Source of the DNA: Haliotis cracherodii
Lineage: Eukaryota
Assembly: GCF_022045235.1 (NCBI RefSeq)
Contig: NW_027266264.1
Coordinates: forward strand, 1,674,001-1,738,000
Length of the DNA stretch: 64,000 nucleotides
Reading direction: 5' to 3'
Shown: positions 63,201 to 64,000 of the stretch, one piece after another
Layout: every line of letters starts with the position of its first letter
Numbering within the stretch: the stretch's first letter is position 1
The notes under the pieces: generated by a model
The model's input: the letters and a program-made list of their open reading frames with translations, nothing else
Told to the model about the DNA's origin: nothing
Databases searched by the model: none
Made by a program: the position numbers and the translations under genes

Positions 63201-63841
63201 GCAATACCTACCCTATACATCAGAGCTGTGACAATACCTACCCTATACATCAGAGGTGTGGCAATACCTACCCTATACATCAGAGCTGTGACAATACCTA
63301 CCCTATACACCAGAGGTGTGGCAATACCGACCCTATACATCAGAGGTGGTGCAATACCTACCATTAAATGCATGCTGGAAGTGAGTCTGTAACACAATAG
63401 TTTTGATGGCGGATCCTCTCCCGACTCTAAAGCCAACGTCTGTAAAACACATAAATATTTAAGTAGCATTTACAAGCTGGTTATGTAACTGTAACAAGAT
63501 GGATGATCAACGTCTTTACAGAGTTGAAGTGATACGTGGATGCAGGTTCGTTACCTTATTTGGACAATAGCATATTTTGTTATGCCAGTTTGAAGTGACT
63601 GGTGCTAAATTATTGCCAGGCACGTGTTCTGCAAAGAAAAATTGTGCCAAAATAAACTTGAAACTTTGACACAACTTTACTATATCCACTGAGATTGTGA
63701 ACTGAGTAATGTAGACATGATTGTTTTGTATAAACTGTAAGTAACTGGGTACCGTCTGGTAGGGGTGTGGGTGGGACACCTTGTGCACAGGCAAACAAGA
63801 ACACCTCTGACGCGCCTTGCTGACAGACACCAGGACATTTC
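38922..63841 (-). CDS. PAM: PAM-like protein (PHM + degenerate PAL + TM + cytosolic tail); 5' exons lie beyond the window
   Basis: Exons: 63841-63753, 63439-63362, 62689-62638, 61917-61850, 50398-50315, 49737-49664, 49515-49465, 48620-48568, 47880-47492, 46561-46414, 45928-45821, 45482-45410, 44869-44730, 43805-43708, 42270-42076, 41568-41453, 39836-39722, 39579-39454, 39034-38922; phases compatible. PHM motifs LQTHF, FAYRTHSHGLG, GNPQWPQ, DEMCQFYMMYY. PAL/NHL motifs LGQVVGVA..IFHRG, FYLPHG, HFCQPSDVAV, NPHDV. Confidence 0.9.
39175..39248. repeat. Compound microsatellite (CT)n(CGAT)n
   Basis: Direct reading. Confidence 0.95.
39790..40710 (-). repeat. 27 bp tandem repeat derived from PAL exon sequence (HDVTVDSxD), with duplicated acceptors
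   Basis: Plus-strand unit gagtcaactgtcacatcgtggtccatg. Acceptor-like gttacacag copies near 39838, 39977 and 40703. Confidence 0.9.
40782..41275. mobile_element. MITE with long imperfect TIRs
   Basis: cccgaggcaggggagttaa...ccttgccgaactgg is mirrored by ccagttcggcaagg...ttatctctcttgcctcggga. A second copy lies at about 44022-44500. Confidence 0.75.
42806..43133. repeat. 36 bp tandem repeat x9
   Basis: Unit cacattaatgtatggggtgtacatgtacacatgtgg. Confidence 0.93.
43545..43766 (-). repeat. 73 bp repeat x3 made of a PAL exon end plus donor
   Basis: ttcctccgtcgtc starts at 43571, 43644, 43717. Minus-strand unit cacgttcctga..gacggaggaaagtgttgct|gtgagtat. Confidence 0.88.
44022..44500. mobile_element. 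MITE, same family as 40782-41275
   Basis: Shared agttaactgactgtaaaa..tgccgaact..ggaatttcaggg and interior; TIR-like ends. Confidence 0.72.
47575..47752 (-). repeat. In-frame 30 bp coding repeat x6 in the PHM-PAL linker
   Basis: (D/E/N)VPLS(Q/P)AP(G/A)L repeats within exon 47880-47492. Confidence 0.88.
47994..48102. mobile_element. Short palindromic MITE
   Basis: ggggcccgttccacaaagcgatcttagcgct / agcgctgagatcgctctatgggacgggacccc. Confidence 0.7.
48641..49318. repeat. 20 bp minisatellite, about 34 copies
   Basis: Unit gtgaccaacaacacaagcag. Confidence 0.95.
50550..51185 (+). CDS. Polinton-associated hypothetical protein (211 aa), open copy
   Basis: Open ORF with a CxxC motif (LCFGC). The mirror copy at 58548-57937 has an internal stop. 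Confidence 0.65.
   Translation: MILVEENLVTSEKTFFYYWKYVHRKPEQLQENTIIQSPDWFQNRKECVKDADNMFQPDNDDTAKRIIIKKIRTFPLCVDELDAHHTRKHAEELLSLCYCLEVTKLICQLSRELCFGCMFEADGEQTHTSRLTEEEQVDKYFTMSMNDLKDVRVLDRWMSILADDTSLKDSFNFVPYQCKDYRNSYFKTPEWFEQLKRRAVKMLIFEKHYSS
51319..53313 (+). CDS. Fusion ORF: integrase + chromodomain + minor capsid (partial) + major capsid (N-terminal half)
   Basis: 664 aa open frame. DDE triad WDVDL / SMDKGTEF / YAERVIRT; chromo-like IEKVLKKK..YLVRWAGWP; penton-like HVGENYLPLLR..PWYLPV; capsid DYIDLSKTRL..NASYPYKA. Confidence 0.85.
   Translation: MRRWVVTFEFTTRHRNMSSRSDVTPSSSRQNELESYYFNPKSPDAYYGASKFQQSLKRRGKTLGVSEVKAELSKHNAYTIHKSVNRRFQRLKVLVNRVDEQWDVDLMDMSRYAKVNGGVRYVLIAIDILSRYLWVAPLKNKKPESIVDGFKAILSHGRAPQKISMDKGTEFKGTFKDFIERQSIKLFVNQNEDIKANYAERVIRTLRSLIARYLTHKNTERYVDVLPTVHRSLGEWAPADVNERNEVKVWGHLYMKPSAYMSHKFRSFQYKIGDIVRISYWRKRFAKEHNLRWTEELFKVAARYRRQGIPLYTLKDFHDQFLKGPFYGEELQRVDKDLDDTWDIEKVLKKKKDNEKKLYYLVRWAGWPLEMKLGRVELKDINNTTIDVLCNLCDSSHVGENYLPLLRRLNLRDGPKYYFHQPWYLPVIVRDTSEIEVYIKCAEGTSHSFLKETVNGGKDYIDLSKTRLHVKLKVTHTDKTPLADKEKAGPVNLTLHSLWNQVSVFLQGQQVSSSNASYPYKALMETLLDYGADAKSSQLTSQLYYKDSGETVVDFNDPDPYGGGNDGLINRGSFIAGSKSITLTGPLMEDVFGFDRHLVNGVDVGINLFRSNTSFVLMSGESSKEYNIELQDVYLKVCKLRINDALKKHVCSKQSEIWCSWYVG
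53432..53950 (-). CDS. A32/FtsK-like DNA packaging ATPase, C-terminally truncated
   Basis: Walker A GGTCSGKT, Walker B ILVLDDLM, then HH..I..LLQ..Y.KG..RT.S.N and NPR motifs. Confidence 0.88.
   Translation of the reverse strand: MSEKCLLPFITTTTLSVIGGTCSGKTYWTKRLLENASRVFHKPPDLIVYRYGVWQDLYADVQQSIANIQFHESLPSKSQLRLWSDQSSKNMILVLDDLMMDICTSKLMLNVYTTLSHHLGITVINLLQSVYPKGPCSRTVSVNTHMFVLMSNPRSAHEYKILASQIFPGQSK
54005..54442 (-). CDS. Basic hypothetical viral protein (145 aa)
   Basis: Arg-rich open ORF, co-oriented between protease and ATPase; no recognised family. Confidence 0.6.
   Translation of the reverse strand: MSSVTPYDSDMARYVLRHYTFFRQLLSFNDYQETLRDIRSMNGEQIKGTKAIVKRLLDARIPVTRGEQRRFLQPHPHNHYLRMLRRIARPDTTKRSIKRTLLNHTPLIQFYIFEYEHVRQVRDKAQRALQRLARRQQRPLVPRAA
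54610..55104 (-). CDS. Adenain-like capsid maturation cysteine protease
   Basis: ANTD...GQHWV, EFFDSYG, LQ...SSACGFYC (His-Asp-Gln-Cys). Confidence 0.92.
   Translation of the reverse strand: MYKRQLQCAIRTHPSLRTHVVGVYARDTLANITVPFSGKPWGCVANTDLARGEGQHWVDFYFDGSGVGEFFDSYGQKPSYYHREFKYFIKKHSRSYRYNTSDLQQSSSSACGFYCLYYALQKCRNSASLRDIVQMFCTDKTRNDAYVTRFICDYFKYCFTCSTI
55108..56307 (-). CDS. Polinton major capsid protein (double jelly-roll), N-terminus replaced by the minor-capsid C-terminus
   Basis: DYIDL, LHSLWNQV, YPYKA, QLYYKD, NGVD..IKL.R, NPFCF, C-terminal GNLRLEVQFA..IEIDQSRNV. Confidence 0.9.
   Translation of the reverse strand: MYIKCAEGTSHSFLKETVNGGKDYIDLSKTRLHVKLKVTHTDKTPLADKEKVGPVNLTLHSLWNQVSVFLQGQQVSSSNASYPYKALMETVLDYGADAKSSQLTSQLYYKDSGETVVDFDDPDPYGGGNDGLINRGSFIAGSKSITLTGPLMEDVFGFDRHLVNGVDVGIKLFRSNTSFVLMSGESSKEYNIELQDVYLKVCKLRINDALIVAHNKQFEKANALYPYERSMVKMASVASSSLSFNWDAIFQDEVPSRLVVALVRSDGVNGSYTANPFCFQGDIVKSMGLYLNGTSVPGRPLESNDVEAYAGLYDWNNEWRKDKGLNLDRTEFSVGHALYVFNLQDIQVNRGEYLNLVKSGNLRLEVQFAQALAHTFNVIALAKFPALIEIDQSRNVFLK
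56250..56626 (-). pseudogene. Minor capsid (penton-like) protein, frameshifted by an 11 bp deletion
   Basis: SADSREYYPDNTPYRFWVKL...L.G.W.VAL.E and VG...PLLR motifs; lacks gagagacacgt, which is present in the + arm. Confidence 0.8.
56658..57803 (-). pseudogene. Polinton integrase-chromodomain with a nonsense mutation and loss of the second catalytic Asp
   Basis: Mirror of the integrase part of ORF 51319-53313. TAG at 56919-56921 in place of AAG; GVGKGTEF in place of SMDKGTEF. Confidence 0.88.
57937..58548 (-). pseudogene. Interrupted copy of the 211 aa viral hypothetical protein
   Basis: TAA at 58261-58263 where the + arm has AAA. Confidence 0.7.
59975..61700. repeat. Complex SINE-derived minisatellite
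   Basis: Mixed modules ccgagcctgaccacccata and acatagccacatctcacagagcctg; the core matches the SINE family B segment gagcctgaccaccc. Confidence 0.9.
63010..63362 (-). repeat. 30 bp tandem repeat x12 starting at a PAM splice donor
   Basis: Minus-strand unit g|gtaggtattgcaccacctctgatgtatag abuts exon 63439-63362. Confidence 0.9.
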
Positions 63842-64000
63842 CTGCAATAGAGGTGGCTTATATTGACATCACATCAATTTACACAACACTGAAGCAAGAA
63901 CTCAGTCTGTATAGAAACAATCATAATCTAGTAGTATAATTGTATCCAAAAAAATGCTCAACATGAAACAGAAGCAGTCGAACCATGGGCTCAGTAGTTC

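Overview
This is eukaryotic, intron-rich animal DNA. The repeat content suggests a marine mollusc, possibly a gastropod such as abalone (inference). There are two assembly gaps (17197-17338, 25940-26095). Host genes reconstructed by hand from splice sites: (1) a complete 13-coding-exon CLCA-like gene (+, 411-12603), plus an orphan paralogous CLCA exon at 18070-18354; (2) a complete 14-coding-exon membrane-anchored PHM-only paralog of PAM (-, 34030-20954); (3) a tandem upstream PAM-type gene (-, running off the right edge, ending at 38922) whose PAL domain lacks key catalytic residues (Y654, H690, R706 equivalents). One intron of gene 3 holds a defective Polinton/Maverick (adintovirus-like) endogenous virus (about 50553-59050). 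It encodes integrase-chromodomain, minor capsid, major capsid, adenain protease and packaging ATPase, with no PolB visible. It is arranged as a near-identical inverted duplication, and one arm carries a single open integrase-penton-capsid fusion ORF. Six minisatellites sit on exon-intron junctions and multiply splice sites. The rest is mariner, Tc1, pogo, Gypsy and Helitron-type relics, a solo LTR, SINEs, MITEs and tandem repeats. All gene models and residue equivalences were made by eye, without database searches.
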